Assembly (NCBI GenBank): GCA_046713545.1
Contig: JBKKCB010000297.1
Coordinates: 1 to 52,953 of the forward strand
DNA from: Hyphomicrobiaceae bacterium
Lineage (GTDB): Bacteria; Pseudomonadota; Alphaproteobacteria; Rhizobiales; Hyphomicrobiaceae
Direction: 5' to 3'
DNA length: 52,953 nucleotides
Positions within the stretch are counted from its first letter, which is position 1. The number at the start of each line of letters is the position of its first letter. The translations under genes were made by a program, and so were the position numbers. Below are positions 44,975 to 52,953 of the stretch, piece by piece. A model generated the notes under the pieces. It searched no databases. It had not been told where the DNA came from and was given only the letters and a program-made list of their open reading frames with translations.

Positions 44975-46948
44975 ATGTCCGATGTTGCAATTGTCTTTCC
45001 CGACGGCGCCCGCAAGTCTTTCCCGGCCGGCACGACGGGCCGCGAGATCGCCGAGAGCATTTCCAAATCGCTCGCAAAGCGTACCGTGGCGATGACCCTC
45101 GACGGACGGCTTGCCGATCTTGCCGACCCGATCACGGCCGACGCGGCCATCCGCTTCATCTCCCGTACCGATCCGGAAGCGCTGGAATTGATCCGGCACG
45201 ATACCGCGCACGTGCTCGCCGAGGCGGTGCAAGCCTTGTGGCCTGGGACTCAGGTCACCATTGGGCCGGTCATCGAAAACGGGTTCTTCTACGACTTCGC
45301 CAAGGCCGAGCCGTTCCACCCTGACGACCTGCCCGTCATCGAAAAGAAGATGCGCGAGATCATCGCGCGTAATGCCCCCTTCACCAAGGAGGTCTGGAGC
45401 CGCGATAAGGCAAAAGCCTTCTTCAAGGACAAGGGCGAACTGTTCAAGGTTGAGCTCGTCGACGCCATTCCCGAAGGCGAGGACGTCAAGATCTACGCCC
45501 AGGGTACATGGGCGGATCTGTGCCGCGGCCCGCACATGGCATCGACCGGCCAGATCGGCAACGCATTCAAGCTCACCAAGATTTCGGGATCCTACTGGCG
45601 CGGCGACGCCAACAACCCGCAGCTTCAGCGCATCTATGGCACCGCCTGGGCTTCGGACCAGGAACTTGCGCAGTATCTGAAGCAGATCGAAGAAGCTGAG
45701 AAACGCGACCACCGCAAGCTCGGCCGCGAAATGGATCTGTTCCATTTCCAGGAGGAGGGGCCAGGCGTCGTCTTCTGGCATCCGAAGGGCTGGGAGCTGT
45801 TTCAGGGCCTCATCAACTACATGCGCCGGCGTCAGAACGCGGCCGGCTATCGCGAGGTGAATGCACCCCAGATTCTCGACAAGGCGCTGTGGGAGACCTC
45901 GGGTCACTGGGAGTGGTATCGCGAGAACATGTTCACCACCGTCACGGAGGATGAACGCCAGTTCGCCATCAAGCCGATGAATTGCCCCGGCCACGTGCAA
46001 ATTTACAAACACGGGCTGCGCTCCTATCGCGAGCTGCCATATCGCATCGCTGAGTTTGGGTGCGTACACCGATACGAGCCGTCGGGTGCTCTGCATGGTC
46101 TGATGCGCGTGCGCGGTTTCACGCAGGATGATGCGCACGTTTTCTGCACGGAGGCGCAGCTTGCCGACGAGTGCATGAAGATCAACGACCTGATCCTTTC
46201 GATCTATCGCGACTTCGGCTTCGAAGATGTCGTGGTGAAGCTGTCCACCCGGCCCGAGAAACGCGTCGGCTCGGATGCCGCGTGGGATCAGGCGGAAACC
46301 GCCATGTCGGCGGTTCTCAAGCAGATCGCCGACCAGTCCGGCGGCAAGATCAAGACCGGCATCAATCCAGGCGAAGGCGCGTTCTACGGCCCGAAGTTCG
46401 AGTATGTGCTGCGCGATGCCATCGGTCGTGACTGGCAGTGTGGGACTACGCAGGTCGATTTCAACCTGCCGGAGCGTTTTGGCGCGTTCTATGTCGATGC
46501 AGACGGCGAGAAGAAGATGCCGGTCATGATTCACCGGGCCATCTTCGGTTCGATGGAGCGCTTTATCGGCATTCTGATCGAGAGCACTGCGGGCCACGTG
46601 CCGCTCTGGCTGGCGCCTGTGCAGGCGGTCGTGGCCACCATCGTGTCGGATGCGGATCACTACGCAGAAGAGGTCGCCGCAACGCTCAGCGAGATGGGTC
46701 TTCGTGTCGAGAGCGATTTCAGAAACGAGAAGATCAACTACAAAGTGCGCGAGCACTCGCTGAAAAAGGCTCCGGTCATGCTTGTCGTCGGCAAGCGCGA
46801 AGCCGAAGAGCGCACGGTTTCCGTGCGGCGGCTCGGCAGCCAGGCGAGCGATGTCATGGCGCTGGATCAGGCGCTAGCGATGCTGGCGGACGAGGCGATT
46901 GCACCCGATATCCGGCGCGCCAATGAGCGCAAGTCCAAGGCGGCCTGA
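44975..46948 (+). CDS. thrS: Threonine--tRNA ligase
   Basis: The ATG at 44975 follows GAGAGGA. 657 aa. TGS domain ([24 protein letters not shown]), editing domain (HDTAHVLA), class-II core ([16 protein letters not shown]) and anticodon-binding domain. Confidence 0.97.
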   Translation: MSDVAIVFPDGARKSFPAGTTGREIAESISKSLAKRTVAMTLDGRLADLADPITADAAIRFISRTDPEALELIRHDTAHVLAEAVQALWPGTQVTIGPVIENGFFYDFAKAEPFHPDDLPVIEKKMREIIARNAPFTKEVWSRDKAKAFFKDKGELFKVELVDAIPEGEDVKIYAQGTWADLCRGPHMASTGQIGNAFKLTKISGSYWRGDANNPQLQRIYGTAWASDQELAQYLKQIEEAEKRDHRKLGREMDLFHFQEEGPGVVFWHPKGWELFQGLINYMRRRQNAAGYREVNAPQILDKALWETSGHWEWYRENMFTTVTEDERQFAIKPMNCPGHVQIYKHGLRSYRELPYRIAEFGCVHRYEPSGALHGLMRVRGFTQDDAHVFCTEAQLADECMKINDLILSIYRDFGFEDVVVKLSTRPEKRVGSDAAWDQAETAMSAVLKQIADQSGGKIKTGINPGEGAFYGPKFEYVLRDAIGRDWQCGTTQVDFNLPERFGAFYVDADGEKKMPVMIHRAIFGSMERFIGILIESTAGHVPLWLAPVQAVVATIVSDADHYAEEVAATLSEMGLRVESDFRNEKINYKVREHSLKKAPVMLVVGKREAEERTVSVRRLGSQASDVMALDQALAMLADEAIAPDIRRANERKSKAA

Positions 46949-46964
46949 GCTGCGGCGACGCGTG

Positions 46965-47426
46965 TCACCCGCGGCCGCGGTAGGGTGCAACGTCCTGGTT
47001 TGGCAGCCACACGCCTTTCGGGAGTGTGCCCGTCTGCCAAAACACGTCTATGGGAATGCCGCCACGCGGATACCAGTATCCGCCGATACGCAGAAAATGC
47101 GGCTCGAGGAGGATCGCCAGCCGCTTGCCGATGCCGACCGTGCAGTCCTCATGGAATGCACCGTGATTGCGAAAAGCTCCCAGGTACAACTTGAGGGACT
47201 TCGACTCCACCAGCCAGTTGCGCGGTACGTAATCGATCATGAGGTGAGCGAAGTCGGGCTGCCCTGTGATCGGGCATAGGGATGTAAACTCCGGAGCGGT
47301 AAAGCGTGCCGTGTAGTGCGTGTCTGGGTGTGGATTGGGCACACGGTCGAGCTGGGCCTCGCCGGGGCTCGCAGGCAGTGCCGTTCGCCGTCCAAGCAGT
47401 GCAGCGTCCGAAGTTTTCTTTGCCAT
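46965..47426 (-). CDS. queF: NADPH-dependent 7-cyano-7-deazaguanine (preQ0) reductase, type I
   Basis: 153 aa. [16 protein letters not shown] (catalytic Cys) and [17 protein letters not shown] (QueF motif). Confidence 0.93.
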   Translation of the reverse strand: MAKKTSDAALLGRRTALPASPGEAQLDRVPNPHPDTHYTARFTAPEFTSLCPITGQPDFAHLMIDYVPRNWLVESKSLKLYLGAFRNHGAFHEDCTVGIGKRLAILLEPHFLRIGGYWYPRGGIPIDVFWQTGTLPKGVWLPNQDVAPYRGRG

Positions 47427-47555
47427 AGCGTGCCTCTGACTACATGGCGGCCCGCACTTGGTGCAGCCGTGTTTTCGCGGGATGCGAGCGAAATTTGGGC
47501 TTTGCCCGCGGGCGGCCCGCGTCTACGCTCCTGCGTGCTTCTATCGGGGGATAAT

Positions 47556-48263
47556 ATGCAGCAACCGGTCCGGCAATACCGGTATTTCGAATTCGTCCTG
47601 GTGGCGTTTGTCGTTGTGCTGGTGTGTTCAAATCTGGTCGGTCCGGCCAAGGCTGCGCAAATCAATCTGCCGCTGATCGGTGCGGTCACATTCGGCGCCG
47701 GGGTCCTGTTCTTCCCGATTTCGTATGTCTTCGGCGACATTCTGACCGAAGTATACGGCTACTCACGGGCGCGGCGTGTCATCTGGTCGGGATTTGCGGC
47801 CCTGCTTTTCGCTGCCGTCATGGCGGCAGTGGTCGTTGCATTGCCCCCGGCCCCGACTTGGCCCAACCAGAAGGTCTACGAGATTGCCTTTGGCAACACG
47901 TGGCGCATCGCGTTGGCGTCCATGTTTGCTTATTTCTGCGGCGAGTTCGTCAATTCGTATGTCCTCGCCAAGATGAAGGTTGCGACCAACGGCCGTTACC
48001 TGGGTGCCCGGTTCGTAGGTTCGACGGTCGCGGGCGAGGCCGTGGATTCGGCGCTCTTCTATCCCCTGGCCTTCTACAATTCCGGCATCATGCCGAATGA
48101 ACTCGTGATGACGCTTGTGGTCAGCCAGTTTGTCACCAAGACGTTCGTGGAAATCGCGTTCCTGCCGCTGACGTACCGCATCGTTGCCTTTCTCAAGCGG
48201 GCGGAACATGAGGATTATTATGACCGCGACACGGACTTCAATCCGTTCAAAGCCGGCCACTGA
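47556..48263 (+). CDS. yhhQ: Queuosine-precursor transporter (YhhQ/DUF165, VUT family)
   Basis: ATG at 47556 (the track ORF is over-extended to 47316). 235 aa, polytopic. FFPISYVFGDILTEVYGY..AR and FVGSTVAGE.VDS..F are typical YhhQ blocks. Confidence 0.88.
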   Translation: MQQPVRQYRYFEFVLVAFVVVLVCSNLVGPAKAAQINLPLIGAVTFGAGVLFFPISYVFGDILTEVYGYSRARRVIWSGFAALLFAAVMAAVVVALPPAPTWPNQKVYEIAFGNTWRIALASMFAYFCGEFVNSYVLAKMKVATNGRYLGARFVGSTVAGEAVDSALFYPLAFYNSGIMPNELVMTLVVSQFVTKTFVEIAFLPLTYRIVAFLKRAEHEDYYDRDTDFNPFKAGH

Positions 48264-48298
48264 CGATCTGCGAGGCGCTTCGCCTTTGTAGGCGTATG

Positions 48299-48538
48299 CT
48301 AGCCGCGCGGTCTGCGAGTCTGCTGCCAGAACAGATAGGCTACGGTCACCAGCGCGGTCAGTGCCATGGTGCCAAAAATGTCCGGGCGCGCGATGTAGGC
48401 CATCCACAACTTGAAGCCATAGGCTGAACTGCCGCGTGTCATCAGGAAGCTGTTGATCACGACAATGACAAACACCACCGCCGCTGTAAGCGCGATGGCA
48501 ACGGCAACGTCAGTGGCCTTCCGGAGCAGCGGTGGCAT
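48299..48538 (-). CDS. Small membrane protein, function unknown
   Basis: The ATG at 48538 gives 79 aa with two predicted TM helices (VAVAIALTAAVVFVIVVINSFL; IFGTMALTALVTVAYLFW). No recognisable family. Confidence 0.5.
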   Translation of the reverse strand: MPPLLRKATDVAVAIALTAAVVFVIVVINSFLMTRGSSAYGFKLWMAYIARPDIFGTMALTALVTVAYLFWQQTRRPRG

Positions 48539-48822
48539 CGATTGAATCCCCCGATCATCGAGCCCCAACGCCCCTCAGCGTCGGGTCAACGTTAATGCAG
48601 CATTAAGCTGATTCGCGGGTCTAGTGTTTGAAATACACTTCTGACTCAAGCGCTTGAACGACCCGTCCCGGCGGCGCTGGGATTTTGACTGAACGGACCC
48701 AAGATCTTTTGTCTCGTTATCACCAGATCCAATGCCGCAGCTGGAAAGCCCCGCCGGTCGATGGGCTGGATCAATAGCTGGATGATAGGGCGCTCGTACT
48801 GCGCGGGGGCACGAGCTTTCGG

Positions 48823-49512
48823 CTAGGCCGTCTGATCGAACTTCAGGATAGACGAGATGGCGCGGGCGAGGATCGCCAGATCGAGAAGCAAGGACCAATT
48901 GCGAATGTAGAGACCGTCCAGCGCAACCCGATTGGCGTAGGTTGGGCTGTTTCGGCGGCTCACCTGCCATAGGCCGGTAAGCCCAGGCCGGGTTTTGAGA
49001 TAGTCTGCAGCTTGGGGGCCGTAACGCTCGAGCTCGGCAGCAACGACCGGCCGGGGACCAACGCAACTCATGTCACCGCGAAGCACGTTGATCAGTTGCG
49101 GGGCCTCATCTATGCCGGCTTTGCGCAGGATCTGACCCAGTGTCGTTACCTGCGGATTGCGTGCAAGCTTGCAGGCCTGCCATTCGTGTGCGCTGCGTGG
49201 GTCCTGATCCAGGTAACCGCGAAGCGGTTCCTCGGCGGCGTTGACCATGGTGCGAAATCTGTAGCACCGAAAGACCTTGCCGTTCAGTCCGACCCGCGAA
49301 TGCGCGAACAGGACCGGCCCGCCCGTTGTGAGCTTGATGAGCAGTGCCGTCATCAAGAGCATCGGGGAAAGCAGGAGCAGGGCAAGCGATGCGACGCCGA
49401 TGTCGAAGGCGCGCTTGAGGGATCCCCCAATCGGGCCCGCGGACGTTGATCCTGTGGCTGGTGTGAGGTGCCAGGATGGGGGCAACCCCGCGTCGGCGCC
49501 CGGCTGGGTCAT
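48823..49512 (-). CDS. Bacterial sugar transferase (polyprenyl-phosphate hexose-1-phosphate transferase, ExoY/WbaP C-terminal type)
   Basis: The ATG at 49512 gives 229 aa: KRAFDI..A...LLLLSP..L..ALLIKL...GPVLF...RVG.NG..F..YRFRTM, DE.PQLINVL.GDMS.VGPRP, GLTGLWQV. The part of the track ORF upstream (to 49734) is Arg-rich and not protein-like. Confidence 0.88.
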   Translation of the reverse strand: MTQPGADAGLPPSWHLTPATGSTSAGPIGGSLKRAFDIGVASLALLLLSPMLLMTALLIKLTTGGPVLFAHSRVGLNGKVFRCYRFRTMVNAAEEPLRGYLDQDPRSAHEWQACKLARNPQVTTLGQILRKAGIDEAPQLINVLRGDMSCVGPRPVVAAELERYGPQAADYLKTRPGLTGLWQVSRRNSPTYANRVALDGLYIRNWSLLLDLAILARAISSILKFDQTA

Positions 49513-50127
49513 GACCCACCAGCCCAAAGAGGTAGGCTGCACACGACCACTGACGTTGGGTGGGGAAAGCGACCGATGCGTCAAGGGCCGCCGCAGCGCA
49601 CCGCTGAGCGATCGTGCGCTCCGGACGAGGAACGTCCCCGCTGTGTCTCGCGCACCCCTTGCGTCGAAGCTCCCGCGTGCGTGAGAGCCTAGGTCCGACT
49701 GTTGCCGTTGCATCGCGCCCGCCCGTACTCGCAACTAACCAGCGGCGATGAAGTCCCGCAGACACCTTTTTTGCGTTCTTGAGGCACCGGCACAAGAAGG
49801 GCAAAGGGCGTAGGGGAATGGGGCGTCTCACATCATCCGAGGTGTCCGGCGTCTAACATAAAGTGTTAGGCGATCTCACGCTTTGGAAACGCAAGGATGC
49901 CGAATACCGCGGTGCGGTACGATTTTCCTGAGGCTGATCGGATGTTCGTCCGGTGGCGAGGCCTGGTCCCGGGGAGCAGACTGCAACAGGCGCCGTCTGA
50001 ATGGCCGTGGGCACGCAGGAACACTCAAGACACCGGTGCTGGGCCTTGCGGACTCTGCGACTTCCGGGTTGTCGGTTGGTGTAGACGGGTAATGGTCGGC
50101 TTGCGCAATTGGCCTGAGAAAGCTTAA

Positions 50128-50148
50128 GGCGGCAGGGCTTCTGCCGCC
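50128..50148 (-). terminator. Terminator-like hairpin downstream of the LuxR-type regulator gene
   Basis: GGCGGCAG-ggctt-CTGCCGCC is a perfect 8-bp GC-rich stem, 59 nt beyond the stop at 50207. On the minus strand it is followed by TTAAGCTTTCTC. Confidence 0.6.
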
Positions 50149-50206
50149 TCAATTCCTTAATGCCTACACTTCGTCCCAGGCCCTCGGCCAGCCGTCTCCC
50201 AACTCC

Positions 50207-50995
50207 CTACCGCGATATCTGCATCGGCGGGAGGTCGGTGCTTTTCAGGAGTTCGTTGGCCATGAAAGCGACTTCGGTACGGTTCTTGGCATTCAGCTTT
50301 TTCATGATATTGCGCACGTGGACTTTGACGGTGCTCTCACGCATCTTCAGTTCAAAGGCGATCACCTTGTTGGCCTTGCCCCTGCGCACGGCGTCGACCA
50401 CAGCAGCCTGTCTGGCGGTGAAAATGCCGTTGGCGCTGTGCGGCGCTGGGCGAGACGTCTCGCCTGAGTGTCTGGCGCTCACGAGACTGCTGGCGGGAAT
50501 GAACACACCGCCCGCGCAGACCAGACGCACGGCCTCGACCGCGACATCGAGCGCGAGGTCGGTTGGTATGTAGCCCCGCGCGCCATTGTCCAGAACACTG
50601 ACGATCTCTTCCAGGTCGTCTCCGTCTGACAGCACGATCATCGGGCGCGCATTCTCGCCCTGGACCAATCGACCGATATCGCGAAGCGTTTCCGGACTTT
50701 TGAGATTGCACGCGACACTCAAGATGACGAGCGAGGTGGCGGTTGTTGTGGATATCTGAAGACACTCCTCCACGCTTCGGACCGCGATAACTTTCATCTC
50801 CGAGGCAGACTCGAAGCAACGCCTTAGACAATCTCGAATGAGGGTTCGCTTTTCTATGATTACAATGCAGCGTTTACCCAATTCACCTGTGGCCAGAGCC
50901 TGATGAGATTCATCTTCGTCTTGCCCATCCGCAAGGTTAACTCGCCCTGAAACATCGGAGCGTCGTGTTATACCGTAGGAGCTACGCTTTACCAT
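50207..50995 (-). CDS. LuxR/FixJ-type transcriptional regulator with a degenerate (pseudo-)receiver domain
   Basis: 262 aa. C-terminal GerE/LuxR HTH (FTARQAAVVDAVRRGKANKVIAFELKMRESTVKVHVRNIMKKLNAKNRTE). The receiver-like region is IVIIEKRTL...SLVILSVACNL...PMIVLSDGDD...GARGYIPTD. Codon usage is visibly less GC-rich than in neighbouring genes. Confidence 0.85.
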   Translation of the reverse strand: MVKRSSYGITRRSDVSGRVNLADGQDEDESHQALATGELGKRCIVIIEKRTLIRDCLRRCFESASEMKVIAVRSVEECLQISTTTATSLVILSVACNLKSPETLRDIGRLVQGENARPMIVLSDGDDLEEIVSVLDNGARGYIPTDLALDVAVEAVRLVCAGGVFIPASSLVSARHSGETSRPAPHSANGIFTARQAAVVDAVRRGKANKVIAFELKMRESTVKVHVRNIMKKLNAKNRTEVAFMANELLKSTDLPPMQISR

Positions 50996-51613
50996 AATGC
51001 CCTCGGATCGATAATCAACGCCTACCTAAATTCGGTTAACCCAAAAGGATTAAACCGAACTCTTCAATCCTGCTGCCCAAGATGTTCATAAAATTAGTAT
51101 TTCCTTTGATACAAGGCAAGAGTGTTGTGTCCCGCGTCGGGATAGTAATCTGTCTACTGAGACTAAGGCTCTGTGTCGGAAAGAACAAAGAAATTACAAA
51201 GCGTTAAGGAATATTGCGCTCTGCGCTCACGGCGCGTCGCCGGAAGTGGGATGCAACGGACCCCTGTGCTTCGCCGAAATGCAGAAGGAAATGTGGCTAT
51301 TCAGTAACATTGTGCTGTCATCACACCTCTGCGGGCTGTTCGGCCATATTCAAACCGTACTTTACGCAAATTGCGTTCATCGATGCGTCTTTCGGCAATT
51401 AACACTACTTCTCGCGCTGTATCCGCGTACGTCCTGGCATCGTTGACGCCGTTGGGCATGCTGGGATGACAGGATCCCGCAACAGCTGAATGACGCGGGC
51501 ACCTTTTTGCACAGGATCCGGTCGTCGCTTGCCTCGGGTTAGGATCTACGCTCCAGTGGTGAGCGCGTCGTGTCGGACCTCGCGGTTGCCGCTTAGAAAA
51601 AAGAAACTTGCGA

Positions 51614-52315
51614 ATGCTCAAGAAGCGCGTGGAGAAATTCGCCGACGCCATGGCCGGTATCAAGGACGGCGCTGTTGTCCTGGTTGGAGGCTTCGGCGCG
51701 GTTGGCCAGCCGAATGCCTTGATCGAAGCGCTGCTTGAGCAGGGGGCACGCGACCTCACGATCGTCGCCAACAATGCAGGCACCGGCCGGGTGGCGGCGC
51801 TGCCGAGACTCATGGCGGCCGGGCGGGTCCGCAAAATCATCTGCAGCTTTCCGCGCAGCCAGGGCTCGGTCGTATTCGATGAGCTGCACAAGGCCGGCAA
51901 GCTCGAGCTTGAGCTTGTGCCGCAGGGCACGCTTGCAGAACGCATTCGTGCCGCCGGCGCCGGCATTCCCGCTTTCTACACGCCCACGGCTTATGGCACC
52001 GTGCTGGCCGAGGGCAAGGAAACGCGTGAGATCGACGGCCGCATGTATGTGCTCGAGCGCGCGTTGCACGGCGATGCCGCGCTCGTCGAAGCGTGGCAGG
52101 CAGACCGCTGGGGCAACCTCACCTATCGGCTGAGTGGCCGAAATTTCAATCCGATCATGGCGACGGCTGCAAAACTCACAATTGTTCAGACGCAGCATTT
52201 CGTCGAGCTTGGCGACCTGGATCCCGAGACGATCATTACGCCCGGCATTTATGTCGATCGTGTCATCCACGTGCCTTACGGCGATCCGCCGCCGGCTATG
52301 GCCAACCCCGATTAG
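51614..52315 (+). CDS. scoA: 3-oxoacid CoA-transferase subunit A
   Basis: ATG at 51614 (the track starts at TTG 51608). 233 aa. DGAVVLVGGFG..G.P..LI.AL...GARDLT.V.NNAG and ELELVPQGTLAERIRAAGAGIPAF.T. Confidence 0.92.
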   Translation: MLKKRVEKFADAMAGIKDGAVVLVGGFGAVGQPNALIEALLEQGARDLTIVANNAGTGRVAALPRLMAAGRVRKIICSFPRSQGSVVFDELHKAGKLELELVPQGTLAERIRAAGAGIPAFYTPTAYGTVLAEGKETREIDGRMYVLERALHGDAALVEAWQADRWGNLTYRLSGRNFNPIMATAAKLTIVQTQHFVELGDLDPETIITPGIYVDRVIHVPYGDPPPAMANPD

Positions 52316-52333
52316 AGCTGCAAGGAGCGTCGC

Positions 52334-52953
52334 GTGACCCGAACGACCGCTGCCCCGATTGTCCAAGATCAGTCTGAAGAGCGATTTGCGCCGTTGTCGC
52401 GCGCCGCCATGGCCGAACGTCTGGCCACGGACATTCCGGACGGCTGGTACGTCAATCTGGGCATCGGCATTCCGCTTCTCGTGGGCAACTTCATTCCGGA
52501 AGACCGCGAGGTCATCCTTCAGTCCGAGAACGGCCTCTTGGGGATGGGCCCGCTGCAGGAGCCCGGCGAGCTCAACACCTGGATTGTCAACGCAGGCAAG
52601 CAGAACGTCACGCTGCGCACGGGCGCCTCGATCGTCCATCACGCGGACAGTTTTGCCATGATCCGCGGCGGTCATCTCGATTTGTGCGTGCTTGGCGCAT
52701 TCGAAGTGGCCGAGAACGGCGACTTCGCCAACTGGACGACGTCACTGACGAAAGCCGTGCCCGCGGTAGGCGGCGCCATGGATCTGGCCGCTGGCGCGCA
52801 ACGTGTGTGGTTGCTCATGGATCATACGTCGAAGGACGGCACGAGCAAGCTTGTGCAGAAATGCACGCTGCCGTTGACCGCCGTCACCGCTGTCAAGCGG
52901 ATCTACACGAACCTCGCCGTGATCGATGTGACGGAACGCGGTTTCGAAGTGCT
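52334..52953 (+). CDS. scoB: 3-oxoacid CoA-transferase subunit B; N-terminal part, runs off the window end
   Basis: This ORF is not in the track because it has no stop. The GTG at 52334 lies 6 nt after AAGGAG. My translation gives ...RAAMAERLATDIPDGWYVNLGIGIPLLVGNFIPEDREVILQSENGLLGMGP...NAGKQNVTL..GAS...HADSFAMIRGGHLDLCVLGAFEV, with the catalytic-Glu SENG motif. Confidence 0.88.
   Translation, partial: MTRTTAAPIVQDQSEERFAPLSRAAMAERLATDIPDGWYVNLGIGIPLLVGNFIPEDREVILQSENGLLGMGPLQEPGELNTWIVNAGKQNVTLRTGASIVHHADSFAMIRGGHLDLCVLGAFEVAENGDFANWTTSLTKAVPAVGGAMDLAAGAQRVWLLMDHTSKDGTSKLVQKCTLPLTAVTAVKRIYTNLAVIDVTERGFEV

Noticed and set aside
44570-46756. 728-aa minus-strand ORF
   Set aside because: It is antisense to thrS. 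It has no motifs and a shadow-ORF composition.
47427-47555. Possible preQ1 riboswitch upstream of yhhQ
   Set aside because: The context is attractive, but I cannot find the preQ1-I hallmark: a short hairpin followed by an A-rich tail ending in a CUA-like element. Types II and III are, to my knowledge, restricted to Firmicutes-type lineages. An Infernal scan is needed to be definitive.
49853-50152. Short ORFs (49853-50152 minus; 49883-50092 and 49897-50127 plus) in the large gap next to the regulator gene
   Set aside because: The translations are Arg/Cys/Trp/Pro-rich and mutually overlapping, with poor or absent SD spacing. None is credible as a gene.
51301-51966. 221-aa minus-strand ORF, including its C-terminal 52-codon sub-ORF (51301-51459, MPNGVNDARTYADTAREVV...)
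   Set aside because: The long form is antisense to scoA and not protein-like. The short form has no SD motif upstream and no recognisable family, so it is kept only as a remote sORF possibility.
1-52953. CRISPR arrays, tRNA/rRNA genes, transposases, integrases, prophage or toxin-antitoxin modules
   Set aside because: I scanned the intergenic regions (all gaps over 100 nt) and the ORF translations. I found no regularly spaced direct repeats, no cloverleaf-like candidates, and no DDE/tyrosine-recombinase or phage-like proteins. A tRNAscan/Infernal run would be needed to exclude small RNAs formally.

Overview
This 52.9-kb window looks like GC-rich chromosomal core DNA (by eye low-to-mid 60s % G+C, not computed) from an alphaproteobacterium of Hyphomicrobiales/Rhizobiales type. 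That assignment is inferred from gene content and synteny: glmU-glmS, recG/sdhE-mfd, cysE-DUF3126-gamma-CA-like, hisI-folE, thrS/queF/yhhQ. I can support about 52 protein-coding genes, two of them truncated by the window edges, plus three intrinsic-terminator-like hairpins and two strong intergenic hairpins. I found no rRNA, tRNA, CRISPR array, transposase, integrase or phage genes. Most genes are housekeeping. Many long ORFs in the six-frame track are antisense shadow ORFs typical of high-GC DNA and are rejected. Several start codons were moved inward from the track's maximal ORF to an in-frame ATG/GTG preceded by a Shine-Dalgarno (SD) motif. The parts most worth a second look:
(1) 39.4-44.6 kb: a five-gene, all-secreted, minus-strand cluster. 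It has a DsrE-like protein followed by two tandem pairs of an orphan TAXI-like binding protein and a Sel1-repeat protein with an unassigned conserved N-terminal domain, and no transporter membrane subunit.
(2) 32.4-34.7 kb: a BTLCP cysteine protease, tandem-PilZ protein and PAS_5 protein triad.
(3) 48.8-51.6 kb: a sparsely coding, locally AT-rich stretch holding an ExoY-like priming sugar transferase and a LuxR-type regulator whose receiver domain lacks the phospho-acceptor residues.
(4) Smaller items: a His/Cys-rich 46-codon sORF, an orphan papain/C39-like protein, paired intergenic hairpins, and a tspO-lactonase overlap.
All functional calls come from recognising motifs in the translations. 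No database search was run.
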